Origin: Verrucomicrobiota bacterium
GTDB taxonomy: Bacteria; Verrucomicrobiota; Verrucomicrobiia; Verrucomicrobiales; DEV007
Direction: 5' to 3'
DNA: 64,000 bases
Assembly (NCBI GenBank): GCA_045046875.1
Contig: JASFYY010000002.1
Coordinates: forward strand, 32,001-96,000
Position 1 is the stretch's first letter; each line of letters opens with the position of its first letter. A program made the position numbers and the translations under genes. Under the pieces are notes generated by a model. That model was given only the letters and a program-made list of their open reading frames with translations. It made no database searches and had not been told where the DNA came from. Below, piece by piece: positions 10,934 through 21,268 of the stretch.

Positions 10934-13900
10934 GTGAACCCCATTCACCAGAAGTGCACGGCATGGCCGGACGCATGGCCAGCAGCTTTATCAATTCAAA
11001 GCTGACTCCGCTTTTGATTCTAAGCTCCATTCTATTGGGAATCTTTGCGATCATCAATCTTCCACGTGAAGAAGAACCGCAAATCAAGGTGCCGATGATT
11101 GATGTGATGGTGGCAATGCCGGGAGCCTCCGCCAAGGAAATCGAAGAACGGGTGACAACCCCGATGGAAAAATTATTGTGGGAAATCCCCGGTGTTGAAT
11201 ACATTTACAGCATATCAGCAGCCGGACAAAGCCTGGTCATTGTCCGTTTTGAAGTCGGTGAAGACGAACAACAGGCTTTAGTGAGTCTCAATCAACAACT
11301 GCAATCCAATTACGACAAAATTCCCCATGGCGTCTCCTACCCTTTGATCAAATCAAAGTCGATCGATGATGTCCCTATTCTAGCTCTTACTTTGCACAGC
11401 CAACGTTATGATGCCCTCACATTAAGACGGGTGGCCGCTGAGTTGGAGGATGCGATCAAGACTATTCCCGACGTCGCCGAAACCAGTCTGATCGGAGGCC
11501 AGCAACGCGTGATCCGGGCACTGATCGACCCAGCTAAACTCGCCGCTCGCAATCTCAGCCTCGCAGGCATCGTTCCGGTTTTGCAACAAGCCAATCGCCA
11601 ATACCGGGCAGGTGATGTGACTGCTTATAATGAAGAGATTTTAATAGAAAGCGGAGCGTTTCTGCATTCCGCCAAAGAAGCCGGTGATGTAGTGCTCGGC
11701 GCTTATAATGGCAAACCCATTTACCTGCGCGAAGTCGCGGATATTGTTGATGGTGGGGATGACCCCCAGCACTACGTGCTCTACGGGGCAGGGGCCGGAG
11801 CACGTGGCGACGAAAACAAAACTCCCAACGGCGAAGAACTGGCAGTGACCATTACAGTAGCCAAACGACCTGGTACCAACGCTATTTCATTGGCGGAAAC
11901 CGTACTGGCTAAAGTGGATGCGCTGAAAGGACGGGTGATTCCCGAAGAAATCGGAGTATCGATCACTCGTCACTATGGCGAAACCGCAGCTGAGAAATCA
12001 AACGAACTGCTACTGCACATGGGCATCGCTGTTCTCAGTGTTTCCATCCTGATTCTTTTTATGTTAGGATGGCGGGAATCGTTGGTCGTTGCAATTGCCA
12101 TCCCGTCAACCTTATCGCTGACTTTACTGACTTTTTACCTCTACGGATTCACTCTCAACCGAATCACACTTTTTGCGCTCATCTTTTCCATTGGCATTCT
12201 AGTCGATGACGCCATCGTGGTGGTGGAAAATATTGTCCGCCATCTACGATTGCCGGAAAATCGGGGAAAATCGATGGCTCGTGTATCGGTCGAAGCGGTT
12301 AGTGAAGTAGGTAATCCAACTGTGCTCGCCACCTGGGCGGTGATCGCCGCTATTCTGCCGATGGCATTTGTCGGTGGTTTGATGGGCCCTTATATGCGCC
12401 CTATTCCGATCGGCGCTAGCGCAGCGATGATCTTTTCGTTGTTGATTGCCTTCATCGTCACGCCTTGGGCATCCATTCGTTTGCTCAAAAACCGCAGTGC
12501 CGGGGAAGGCCATGATGAGGGTGAGGAAAAAGAGGGTTGGATGACTCGCGCTTACCGACGTTGGATGGGTTTTCTATTGGGCAGTCCGTCGCATCAATGG
12601 GGATTTATTATTGTCGTGGTGATGTTATTACTCGGCAGCATGGCTCTGGTCGGTATCGGTTTTGTGAAAGTCAAAATGCTACCTTTTGATAATAAAAGTG
12701 AATTCCAAGTGATCCTGGATATGCCCGAAGGCACTGCGCTCGAACAAACCACTCAAGTCGCACGGGAAATGGCGTTGGTCATCGCCGCAGAACCGGAAGT
12801 GGTGAACTATCAAGTTTACGCAGGCACCTCATCGCCCTTTAACTTCAACGGTTTGGTGCGTCATTATTTTATGCGTCATGGAACTAATGTCGCCGACCTG
12901 CAAGTGAACCTTTTACCCAAAGATGCACGCAAAGCTTCCAGCCACGATATCGCTAAACGGGTTCGCCCCAAGTTAGAAAAAATATCCAGACGTTATGAAG
13001 CCGCCATTGCGGTGGCTGAAGTGCCGCCCGGCCCACCGGTATTACAAACCCTGGTTGCTGAAGTTTACGGCCATGACCGAACACAGCGCGAAGCTTTGGC
13101 TCTTGAAGTAAAAAATATTTTTGAATCCGTGCCTGGGGTGGTTGATGTCGATTGGTATCAGGAACACGATCAAAAAAGACTGCGTTTCCATATCGATAAG
13201 GAAAAAGCGGCTTTAAACGGCATCACGGCTGAAACCATTTCCCAAACCCTGCGGCTGGCGGTTGAAGGAGTCGATGTCGAACTCGTGCATTTGCCCCGCG
13301 AAAGAGAACCCGTCATGTTACGGGTAAAATTGCCTCGCCAGAACCGTACCAATGCCGAGCAATTGCTCGGACTGCGCGTGCGTTCGGGAGATGCCAATGC
13401 TTTGCCTGAACAAGTCGGCCAGGCTGCCACAATCCCTCCCCTGGTGCCACTCGGGGAATTGGTTACCATAGAAGAAGACATCATCGACAAAAGCATTTAT
13501 CACAAAAACCTGATGCCCGTCACTTATGTGATCGGTGATGTCGCCGGGGAAAAAGAAAGTCCTGTTTATGCGATTTTGGAAATGAATAAAAAACTCGCTG
13601 AACTTGATGCCCGTCAATTTGGTGCCACCGACGCGAAACTCAAAATTTTCAATGCACAAATGCCCTTCCTTGATATGGAACCTTCAATGAAATGGGACGG
13701 GGAGTGGCATATCACTATCGAAGTCTTCCGCGATCTCGGTACAGCTTTTGCAGTAGTATTGATTTTGATCTATGTGCTGATGGTCGGCTGGTTCAAGTCA
13801 TTCGTCACACCGATGATCGTCATGATAGCCATTCCCTTTTCACTGATCGGCATTATGCCAGCCCACGGTATGATGGGAGCTTTTTTCTCCGCGACCTCGA

Positions 13901-14211
13901 TGATCGGATTCATGGCTGGAGGAGGTATCGTCATACGTAATTCGATCATACTGGTAGACTTCATCCAACTGCGAGTAGCCCAGGGCATGACCTTGCACGA
14001 TGCCGTCATCGACGCCGGTGCGGTGAGGTTCCGCCCAATGTTATTAACCGCCATGGCTGTGGTGGTGGGCGCATCGGTGATCCTGATGGATCCCATTTTC
14101 CAGGGTCTTGCCATCGCTTTGATGGCTGGTGAAATTGCTTCTTTATTAATCAGCCGTATCGCAGTCCCAGTGCTTTATTACATGGTCAATCGACGCTCGC
14201 ATAAAGCGTAA
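10930..14211 (+). CDS. AcrB/AcrD/AcrF-family RND permease
   Basis: 1093 aa; [23 protein letters not shown]; 4-bp overlap with the MFP gene. Confidence 0.96.
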   Translation: MSEPHSPEVHGMAGRMASSFINSKLTPLLILSSILLGIFAIINLPREEEPQIKVPMIDVMVAMPGASAKEIEERVTTPMEKLLWEIPGVEYIYSISAAGQSLVIVRFEVGEDEQQALVSLNQQLQSNYDKIPHGVSYPLIKSKSIDDVPILALTLHSQRYDALTLRRVAAELEDAIKTIPDVAETSLIGGQQRVIRALIDPAKLAARNLSLAGIVPVLQQANRQYRAGDVTAYNEEILIESGAFLHSAKEAGDVVLGAYNGKPIYLREVADIVDGGDDPQHYVLYGAGAGARGDENKTPNGEELAVTITVAKRPGTNAISLAETVLAKVDALKGRVIPEEIGVSITRHYGETAAEKSNELLLHMGIAVLSVSILILFMLGWRESLVVAIAIPSTLSLTLLTFYLYGFTLNRITLFALIFSIGILVDDAIVVVENIVRHLRLPENRGKSMARVSVEAVSEVGNPTVLATWAVIAAILPMAFVGGLMGPYMRPIPIGASAAMIFSLLIAFIVTPWASIRLLKNRSAGEGHDEGEEKEGWMTRAYRRWMGFLLGSPSHQWGFIIVVVMLLLGSMALVGIGFVKVKMLPFDNKSEFQVILDMPEGTALEQTTQVAREMALVIAAEPEVVNYQVYAGTSSPFNFNGLVRHYFMRHGTNVADLQVNLLPKDARKASSHDIAKRVRPKLEKISRRYEAAIAVAEVPPGPPVLQTLVAEVYGHDRTQREALALEVKNIFESVPGVVDVDWYQEHDQKRLRFHIDKEKAALNGITAETISQTLRLAVEGVDVELVHLPREREPVMLRVKLPRQNRTNAEQLLGLRVRSGDANALPEQVGQAATIPPLVPLGELVTIEEDIIDKSIYHKNLMPVTYVIGDVAGEKESPVYAILEMNKKLAELDARQFGATDAKLKIFNAQMPFLDMEPSMKWDGEWHITIEVFRDLGTAFAVVLILIYVLMVGWFKSFVTPMIVMIAIPFSLIGIMPAHGMMGAFFSATSMIGFMAGGGIVIRNSIILVDFIQLRVAQGMTLHDAVIDAGAVRFRPMLLTAMAVVVGASVILMDPIFQGLAIALMAGEIASLLISRIAVPVLYYMVNRRSHKA

Positions 14212-14230
14212 TGAGTGACTAAAATAGTTC

Positions 14231-15730
14231 TCAGCCCTTTTTCTTTTTCTTTTTGTTGGGAGCCGGGCCTTCACCGCTCGTTCCCCATTTTGCTCTGCGA
14301 TCGGCTTCGTGGCGTTTACGCTCTTTATCGTAATAAACACCCGGCTTCACTGGTGTGTGTTCCTGTTTCGCAAAAGCCTGCATTTCTTTCAATAAATCTG
14401 GGTATTGATCAGCAACGCTGACGGTCTCGCTGATATCCTTGTCGAGGTTGTAAAGTTCCCAGGGAGCATTGCTTTTTGGTTGGATCGCTTTCCACTTGTT
14501 TTTTCGTACCGCGATCTGGTTACGGTACTCCCAGTAGAGCATATCGTGTTGCTGCTGTTTTTTGCCTGAAGCATGTGCACCAATAAGAGTAGGAAGAATC
14601 GACAATCCATCGAGATCAACGGGTGATTCTGCTCCTGCGATGTCAGTCAATGTTGGAAAAACATCAATCTGATTAAAAAGCAAATCACTGACTTGTCCTC
14701 CTTTGATCTTGCCTGGCCATTGCACCAGAAAAGGAATGCGCAAGCCGCCTTCGTAGAGCTTACCTTTGCTGCCACGAAACTCGACACCGGTTTTGGGATT
14801 CACATTCGGTCCAAAAAAACCGCGAGGTCGTTCTTTACTATTAAAATAATCCTGCCCGCCATTATCACCAGTGAAAAACACAATGGTATTATCATCGAGT
14901 TTAAGCTCAGCTAGCAGGTCGAACACCTGGCCGAGATTGTCATCCACCATACTGACCATGGCAGCATAGTTTTTGATATCCTGATCGATCTTGGGATCTT
15001 TGATCCATTCTGTGTTTTTGTAATGTCTCCAGGCCGGATTGTCCTTCGGAATATCCCACATGCCATGCGGCGGTGTGATCGGCAGGTAACAAAAAAAGGG
15101 CTGATCTTTGTTTTCACGGATGAACTCTAGGCTTTCCCTGATGATCTCAGTGTGGGAATAAGTCTGCCCATGACGCCCACCTTTATTGCCCTGCAGCGGA
15201 ACTTCCTCACTGTTGCGGATCAGGTAGGGAGGATAATAGGAGTGCGCATGCACTTGATCGTAGTAGCCGAAAAACACATCAAAGCCATGTTTTTCCGGCA
15301 CACCACTGGAATCACGTCCGCCAGCACCCCATTTACCGAATCCACCAGTGGCGTATCCTTTACTTTTCAAGGCAGAGGCGATGGTAGCTTCGCCAGCGCG
15401 TAGTGGAGTGCCACCATCATTGGCCCGTACCGAAGCGTGGCCGGAATGTTTGCCAGTCATCATTTGTCCGCGCAAAGGAGCACATACTGGCGATGCTGCG
15501 AGCGCTTGGGTGAAACGAATGCCATCCTTCGCCATTTGGTCGATGCGCGGCGTTTTGATATAAGGGTTTCCCATATGGGATAGCTCATAATAGGCGAGTT
15601 CGTCCGCCATGATGTAAACAATATTGGGTGGGCGATCCGCGCCGAATGCAAAACTTGCCAAGTTACAAAGAATTGTGAGCAACACAAAAAAGTGGCGCAG
15701 GCATGAGCGTAATAGATTTGCAGTCATCAT
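14231..15730 (-). CDS. Formylglycine-dependent (S1) sulfatase
   Basis: Signal peptide; PNIVYIMADE, CAPLR signature, GKWG, DNG, YEGGLRIP. Confidence 0.93.
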   Translation of the reverse strand: MMTANLLRSCLRHFFVLLTILCNLASFAFGADRPPNIVYIMADELAYYELSHMGNPYIKTPRIDQMAKDGIRFTQALAASPVCAPLRGQMMTGKHSGHASVRANDGGTPLRAGEATIASALKSKGYATGGFGKWGAGGRDSSGVPEKHGFDVFFGYYDQVHAHSYYPPYLIRNSEEVPLQGNKGGRHGQTYSHTEIIRESLEFIRENKDQPFFCYLPITPPHGMWDIPKDNPAWRHYKNTEWIKDPKIDQDIKNYAAMVSMVDDNLGQVFDLLAELKLDDNTIVFFTGDNGGQDYFNSKERPRGFFGPNVNPKTGVEFRGSKGKLYEGGLRIPFLVQWPGKIKGGQVSDLLFNQIDVFPTLTDIAGAESPVDLDGLSILPTLIGAHASGKKQQQHDMLYWEYRNQIAVRKNKWKAIQPKSNAPWELYNLDKDISETVSVADQYPDLLKEMQAFAKQEHTPVKPGVYYDKERKRHEADRRAKWGTSGEGPAPNKKKKKKG

Positions 15731-15820
15731 CTGTAAAATGTGATCTGCCGCACGCTTAGTGTAAAGTCCGCGATTACGTCCCTTTTTGAAAATTTGGTTA
15801 ATTACTTTGTGCCTAGCTGC

Positions 15821-16837
15821 TCACTGGCTAATCAGTTTTTCAATCCGGCGAACCACTTCCTGCGCTAGTTTTCTCTCACCCCGATGAAAACGCAGCACCA
15901 GCTTACGATTATCCAATAAACTGTATAATACCACGTCTTCACTGAAAAAGTGTGTTTCGTGCACCACTTGCAAACCCTGCAAAGAAAGATCCTGAGCTAT
16001 AATTCCTCCACGCCGATTAATCAAAAACTGCAGTTGATCTGTTGATGAAGAGTCAACAAGCACTTTCACTCTGAAATTTGGACGTAAGCCGGTTATTTTT
16101 TTTACCCTACCAGTGAAACACGGCAAGGCCCAAAGAATCTGCGGCCTCGCACCATCCAAAACCTTAGTCAAAACCACATCTTCATCAGCAGTCAGTTTAC
16201 CGTTTTCTTTAAAACTAAGATCTACATCTGTTGCTGGAGAAGTGAGTTTGAAATACAGCAGTGAGAAAAATGCTCTGACCCGGCGCAGCAAACGAGGAGC
16301 AAAAAATATCACCACTATCAGAAAAACAAGTGCAATAACACCTACCAGTTTTGGTGAAATTGTCATCAAAGACAAAGCTCCGATTACCACCACATCCTCA
16401 GCCACACTCACCACCACATTGGATACCGGTTCCGGCGAAGCATTTACAGCAAGCCTTGTGCTGGCCTTAAATCCATGGGATACCAAGGTGGCGCTGCCAG
16501 CCAACAAAGCGATGATCACATCAAAAACCGGATCTGACGTGCCCAGAGTCTGGATCGCCAGAAAAGCTCCACCCACCGGCCTGATCAGAGTGTGTATCGT
16601 GTCCCACAATGAATCGACCCAGGGGATTTTATCCGAGAAAAATTCCAATAGAAAAAATATGCCTGCTGCGACCAGAATTGCAGGGTTAGCAAGTATATTC
16701 AAATCCTGATGTTCCACCGATAGCACCACCCAGTGAAAACGAATCGCCAAACCCGTAACCAAAACTGTCAAATATAGATTCAGGCCGGCCAGTGTGGCTA
16801 AGCCCAAAGCGATACTGAGTTGATCTATGATATCCAT
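15821..16837 (-). CDS. DUF4126-type membrane protein with a soluble C-terminal extension
   Basis: AGLNLY, LEFFSDKIPWVD..D..HT.IRP, SPEPVSN..S..ED. Confidence 0.85.
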   Translation of the reverse strand: MDIIDQLSIALGLATLAGLNLYLTVLVTGLAIRFHWVVLSVEHQDLNILANPAILVAAGIFFLLEFFSDKIPWVDSLWDTIHTLIRPVGGAFLAIQTLGTSDPVFDVIIALLAGSATLVSHGFKASTRLAVNASPEPVSNVVVSVAEDVVVIGALSLMTISPKLVGVIALVFLIVVIFFAPRLLRRVRAFFSLLYFKLTSPATDVDLSFKENGKLTADEDVVLTKVLDGARPQILWALPCFTGRVKKITGLRPNFRVKVLVDSSSTDQLQFLINRRGGIIAQDLSLQGLQVVHETHFFSEDVVLYSLLDNRKLVLRFHRGERKLAQEVVRRIEKLISQ

Positions 16838-16945
16838 GATTTTTTATCCTTAGAGGGCAAACTACACGGAAGCCTGTTTTCAAGCCATTACAAAAGAACT
16901 ATATTTTTATAAAGCCTTAGGAAAATCGAAGCCTTCTGTTAATAA

Positions 16946-18124
16946 TCAGCGCGTCCACGAAGGATCATATACAGGTGTGCCATCACTCAAAATTTGCCCC
17001 TTTGCCCCGGTATTCGCATCTATACGATATAATGCGCCGCGATCTGTATAAATTAAATGGCGGGAATCTGCTCCCCAGACCGGCGATTGACCACGGGTGA
17101 GCACCCGGGTTGAACGATCACCTAAATCGTGAATGGTGATGCTTGCGTTTTTTGAGCCTCCGCTCACAAACGCGATTCTTTTTCCATCCGGTGACCAGCA
17201 AGCTTGAGCCGGTGTGGCTAGCTTAATAGCCAACGCGGTAGGGTGTTTACCGTCTTTACTACTGATCACAAATAATTGGGTTTTTCCCGCATCGACCACA
17301 GCAGTGTAAACCAGTGATTTACCATCCCCTGACCATGATGGTTGAATTTCTGCAATTGGGCTACTTGTTAATCGTCGCCGTGATTTTCCTGTATTTCGAC
17401 TGATGTAAAGATCACTATTACCTTGTTCGGAAAGAACCAATACCAATTGTTTGCCATCAGGAGAAACCACGGCTTTTTCACTCGCATTCCCATAGGTCAG
17501 GGCAATGCGACTTCGTTGATCATTACTGAGATCTATTCTATAAATTCCCGCGGATGAAGGCTCCATCCCGGTAAAATATACAAATCTACCATTAGGACTA
17601 AGACAAGGGTGACGTTTGGGTAATCCGTCTGTAGTGATTTGGCGAATATTTTTGCCATCATAATCACACACATAAATATCCGCTTTGCCATTACGAGCAC
17701 TTATAAAAGCTATCTGGCTGGTGGCGATACCCGGATGTCCCGTTGCGGCGTGAACCACATCATCGGACAATTGTCTCAAGTCTGTTTTTAACACCCCATT
17801 ATTGTAAACTCGCTTGAAAAGCTGATGACCATCCGGATGTAGCAACTCACCCTCAAGTCCCTTTTTTACAAAACGAGCTTTAAGCACAAAAGCCCCGGGT
17901 TGTGCTTGTGCTAAATAAAAAAACGCACTTCTTTTAATCTCGTAACTTAAAATCTGATTGGCACTAGCCGCCTGCCCTCCTTGAATTGGGATCATTGCCA
18001 AAGGCAACTCTTTAGCCAAAGCCGAGGAAGACCAATGAAAACAAATTAAGCACGCGTAAAATATTAAGCTTGTTTTCAGTATTTTTTGCACCCACACCAA
18101 TACACAAAACTTTAAAAAATTCAA
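16946..18124 (-). CDS. TolB-like PD40 beta-propeller protein
   Basis: GHPGIATSQIAFIS, IYVCDYDG, SPNG/SPDG/WSGDG repeats; no pal or tolQRA alongside. Confidence 0.8.
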   Translation of the reverse strand: MNFLKFCVLVWVQKILKTSLIFYACLICFHWSSSALAKELPLAMIPIQGGQAASANQILSYEIKRSAFFYLAQAQPGAFVLKARFVKKGLEGELLHPDGHQLFKRVYNNGVLKTDLRQLSDDVVHAATGHPGIATSQIAFISARNGKADIYVCDYDGKNIRQITTDGLPKRHPCLSPNGRFVYFTGMEPSSAGIYRIDLSNDQRSRIALTYGNASEKAVVSPDGKQLVLVLSEQGNSDLYISRNTGKSRRRLTSSPIAEIQPSWSGDGKSLVYTAVVDAGKTQLFVISSKDGKHPTALAIKLATPAQACWSPDGKRIAFVSGGSKNASITIHDLGDRSTRVLTRGQSPVWGADSRHLIYTDRGALYRIDANTGAKGQILSDGTPVYDPSWTR

Positions 18125-18289
18125 GCGCTGAGGCTTAGGTGGTAATCGGAATACTCATTTTGGCTCAAACTTGTAGAGAATTCTGCTGATCAGGAGATTA
18201 TCCATTTTTTTGAGTTTATGTTCCCCCCCTTGTTTCATCTCAACAGCACGTTTTCTACGCTGCTTTTAGTTACTTACAACTCCCTGGAA

Positions 18290-19192
18290 TCAACGCCACC
18301 ACCACTCCAACATGCCACGATGGAGGTGATAAACAGGTTTTAGATTTTTTTGCTTATTTAATCTTTCCACTGCCTGCCGACTGCGATAACCACCCGCACA
18401 ATAAATCAGTATAGACGATTTGCCTTTTAAAGCTTGTTCAACTTTTTTATCAAATTCCTCGTCGCTGATCGATATATTCATCGCCCCCGGTAACCGCTGA
18501 CCCGAATATTCCCACGGACTGCGTACATCCAATATCAATAGATCTGTGTTTGACTGAATCAATTCGGCTGCTTGCACTGCCCGGATATTTATATTTTTTT
18601 TAGCTTTAAAAATCCTTTGATCCCAGGAATTTTCAAACACTTGCCAATACAAATAAGCTATTAGAATAATATAACTAAAATACTGTAACAGACCTATCCA
18701 ACGTAATCCAATCGACCCACTTTTAACAGGTCCAAAAGGTACCCATCTAGGCGTATGTATTTTGTAATTTTTATATTCTTTGTAGCGCTCACTCAAACAC
18801 TTCTCTTCCAATGAACTCTTTAACCACAAAACAACCACCAAAACTAACCACAATGTAAGTGCAATCCAAGTAGCAGCAGTCCAAGCCACCATCAAGGTTC
18901 CTAATAATACCGCACCATACATCGGATGACGTACCCAGTGATAGGCTCGCTGTTGACACAAAACCCCTTCTTTCGCAGGAGTAGGATGAATTTTCAAGGT
19001 TTTACGCGGCATCGACCAAATCGCCCACAGCAGCCATAAACCGGAGATCATCAAACCTGTGATCGACCAGGAAGAATGTAAAACCGATCCAGAATAAATC
19101 AACAATATGGCAATCAATGCCAATTGTGCACCAACCAGTAAAAAACCTAACATATTTATTGAATCCCTTAAAGAGTTCAAATGTGCGATCAA
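18290..19192 (-). CDS. ICMT/PEMT-family membrane methyltransferase fused to a rhodanese domain
   Basis: N-terminal TM region with YHWVRHPMY and EE..L...Y..Y..Y...PR; C-terminal ILDVRS..EY...LPGA, YCAGGYRS. Confidence 0.85.
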   Translation of the reverse strand: MIAHLNSLRDSINMLGFLLVGAQLALIAILLIYSGSVLHSSWSITGLMISGLWLLWAIWSMPRKTLKIHPTPAKEGVLCQQRAYHWVRHPMYGAVLLGTLMVAWTAATWIALTLWLVLVVVLWLKSSLEEKCLSERYKEYKNYKIHTPRWVPFGPVKSGSIGLRWIGLLQYFSYIILIAYLYWQVFENSWDQRIFKAKKNINIRAVQAAELIQSNTDLLILDVRSPWEYSGQRLPGAMNISISDEEFDKKVEQALKGKSSILIYCAGGYRSRQAVERLNKQKNLKPVYHLHRGMLEWWWR

Positions 19193-19236
19193 TTAGAAAA
19201 TGATCGCACTTCCACATCTCCATCGTAACGAATATT

Positions 19237-19920
19237 CTATTTTTTCGGCACTTTGAATTTCAGTAAATAATTTTCCTTAAACATCGGCACTTCCTCCACA
19301 AAATCAAAACCACTTGCCATAATCTCTTTTTTAACCAATGCCTTATCAGCGCGTACATGTTTTAACAACCATTCACGCGATTTGCCTTCAATACGTTCGA
19401 AGTCAATCACCACCAGTTTGCCACCCGGACGCAACGCTTTCAAAATGGTAGCCATCGTTTTTGCTGGAAATTCAAAATGATGATAAGTCGCACAAATAAA
19501 TACCACATCTACAGAAGCTTTTGGCAATAATGCATTATCTGTTTCACACACAACTCCTTGCACATTATCCCAGCCCTGCTCTTTGGCACTTTTCACCGTA
19601 TGATCTACAAAACTTTTGGCTATATCCACAGCATAAATTTTACCTTCTTTACCTACAGCCGGAGCCAATAAACGGGTAAACAAACCCGTGCCTGCTCCAA
19701 TATCTGCTACTGTCATTCCCGGTTTCAAACCTAGCTCTTTTATAATTTGCTGTTTTTTGTCAAAAACCTCCCGCCCTTCTTTTTCAAAACGTTTTTCGAA
19801 TTTTCCCACACTGGGATCTTTAAAAGAATCATTAATCCCCGGTTTTACGCTTTTTTCCTGAGCGACCAAAGGAAACAAACAGAAACTCAATAGGACGATG
19901 AATATGAAGTTCTTTTTCAT
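19237..19920 (-). CDS. Class I SAM-dependent methyltransferase with signal peptide
   Basis: VADIGAGTG, YAVDI, LRPGGKLVVIDF; N-terminal signal sequence. Confidence 0.9.
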   Translation of the reverse strand: MKKNFIFIVLLSFCLFPLVAQEKSVKPGINDSFKDPSVGKFEKRFEKEGREVFDKKQQIIKELGLKPGMTVADIGAGTGLFTRLLAPAVGKEGKIYAVDIAKSFVDHTVKSAKEQGWDNVQGVVCETDNALLPKASVDVVFICATYHHFEFPAKTMATILKALRPGGKLVVIDFERIEGKSREWLLKHVRADKALVKKEIMASGFDFVEEVPMFKENYLLKFKVPKK

Positions 19921-20125
19921 GGTTTTATATTTTTTAAGACAATGGGCTTCCAGTAAGTAATTTTCAAATCTGACTTTCAGCCATTTCAGCCAAAATAACC
20001 CCTTTTTGAATAAAATACTCCTGTCTTTTTCTTATGCTAAAAAAAACTGGCAAAATCATAATTTCTCCCCTACTTTCCCGACCCTTACCTGCAACATCTG
20101 ATTGTTGGTAAAAATTACCTTATAT

Positions 20126-20202
20126 GGTGGTTGTAGCTCAGTTGGTAGAGCCCCGGATTGTGATTCCGGTTGTCGCGGGTTCGAGTCCCGTCATCCACCC
20201 CA
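20126..20202 (+). tRNA. tRNA-His (GTG)
   Basis: GGTGGTTGTAGCTCAGTTGGTAGAGC..TTGTGAT..GGTTCGAGTCC..CCACCCCA; G-1 and encoded CCA; one U-U mismatch in the acceptor stem. Confidence 0.97.
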
Positions 20203-20281
20203 TCTTTCCCTCAAGGATGGGTTTTAATTTGTTTTGATTAGATTTAAACCTTTTGCGGACTTGTGTGTCAGTATCTGTTGA

Positions 20282-20983
20282 ATGCCTGAATCGTTAGAAA
20301 TAATAATCAATTACAAGTTTACCAATTCTTTATTATTGGCAGAGGCTCTCACCCACCCAAGTTTAGCGTATGAAACCCAACGTCCGCATTTTGACAATCA
20401 ACGCTTGGAATATCTAGGCGATGCTGTTTTACAGCTGATTTTGACTGATGAACTCTATCGTCGTTTTCCTGCTTATGGAGAAGGTCGCCTCACCAAAGTG
20501 AGATCCCGTTTGGTTTCACGGGATGCATTATGGAAATTTGCCCGTCAAATCAAGCTTTGTAATTTTTTACTTCTCGGCAAAGGCGAAGAATCATCCGGGG
20601 GAAAACAACGCGCTTCTAACCTTGCTGATGCTTACGAAGCTCTCATCGGTGCCATTTATCTCGACGGTGGCCAGGAAGCTGCCAAATCCTTCGTTTTGTC
20701 ACAATGCGTCTCCGCCATAGCTGAAGCTGCCCATGAACCTGATGAAGCGAATCCCAAAGGCCGATTACAAGAACTGCTTCAATCTATTTCTCAAACCAGC
20801 CCCAGCTACCGTATTATCCAACAAGAGGGACCTGACCATGCTAAAATATTCGAGGTCTGTGTAGAATGGAAAAAAACCTTACTAGGCTGTGGAAAGGGAT
20901 GCAGCAAGAAAGAAGCTGAATTTGACGCCGCCACCCAGGCGCTCAACGACGAACTTTGGCTCACTCTTAAGAATGACCCTTGA
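20282..20983 (+). CDS. rnc: Ribonuclease III
   Basis: ALTHPS, NQRLEYLGDAVL, ADAYEALIGAIYLD, dsRBD NPKGRLQE..GPDHAK. Confidence 0.97.
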   Translation: MPESLEIIINYKFTNSLLLAEALTHPSLAYETQRPHFDNQRLEYLGDAVLQLILTDELYRRFPAYGEGRLTKVRSRLVSRDALWKFARQIKLCNFLLLGKGEESSGGKQRASNLADAYEALIGAIYLDGGQEAAKSFVLSQCVSAIAEAAHEPDEANPKGRLQELLQSISQTSPSYRIIQQEGPDHAKIFEVCVEWKKTLLGCGKGCSKKEAEFDAATQALNDELWLTLKNDP

Positions 20984-21268
20984 GTAAGGTGTGAAGAACT
21001 TGTGAGAAGTGAAGAACAACTGTGAACAATTTGAACTTATTCTCAAATTTGCCCTTTTATCAATAATGATTCTCAACTTATTCACAAGGTTCTAAATATT
21101 ATAACTCATTTATTTTAAAACAGTTATGGTTAAATATTAACTCCATTGACCGCTATAATACTAATATTTTTGCTTTTTAAATAAATAATTCTTCTTATAG
21201 ATGATATTGCCTTAAAAACTGACTCTCAACTGAAAGAATTCTCTTTTTTGAACCCCCCCGTTTAATCG
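20984..21268. other. Probable chromosomal replication origin (oriC)
   Basis: DnaA boxes TTATTCACA (21078-21086, perfect), TGTGAACAA (21021-21029), TGTGAAGAA (20990-20998), TTATTCTCA (21037-21045); AT-rich tract 21090-21210; GC skew flips here; parS and mnmG nearby. Confidence 0.8.

Noticed and set aside
16113..16709. 198-aa plus-strand ORF, and similar long ORFs at 39671-40303, 37895-38395, 38894-39364 and 57766-58281
   Set aside because: Antisense shadows of well-supported genes with no recognisable motifs.
20126..20230. tRNA-His as an integration site for a genomic island
   Set aside because: I saw no duplicate of the tRNA 3' end and no integrase; the tRNA is followed by a hairpin and rnc.
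20512..20528. Further parS-like matches here and near 19540, 24379 and 41220
   Set aside because: Four or more mismatches or half-sites only; expected by chance.
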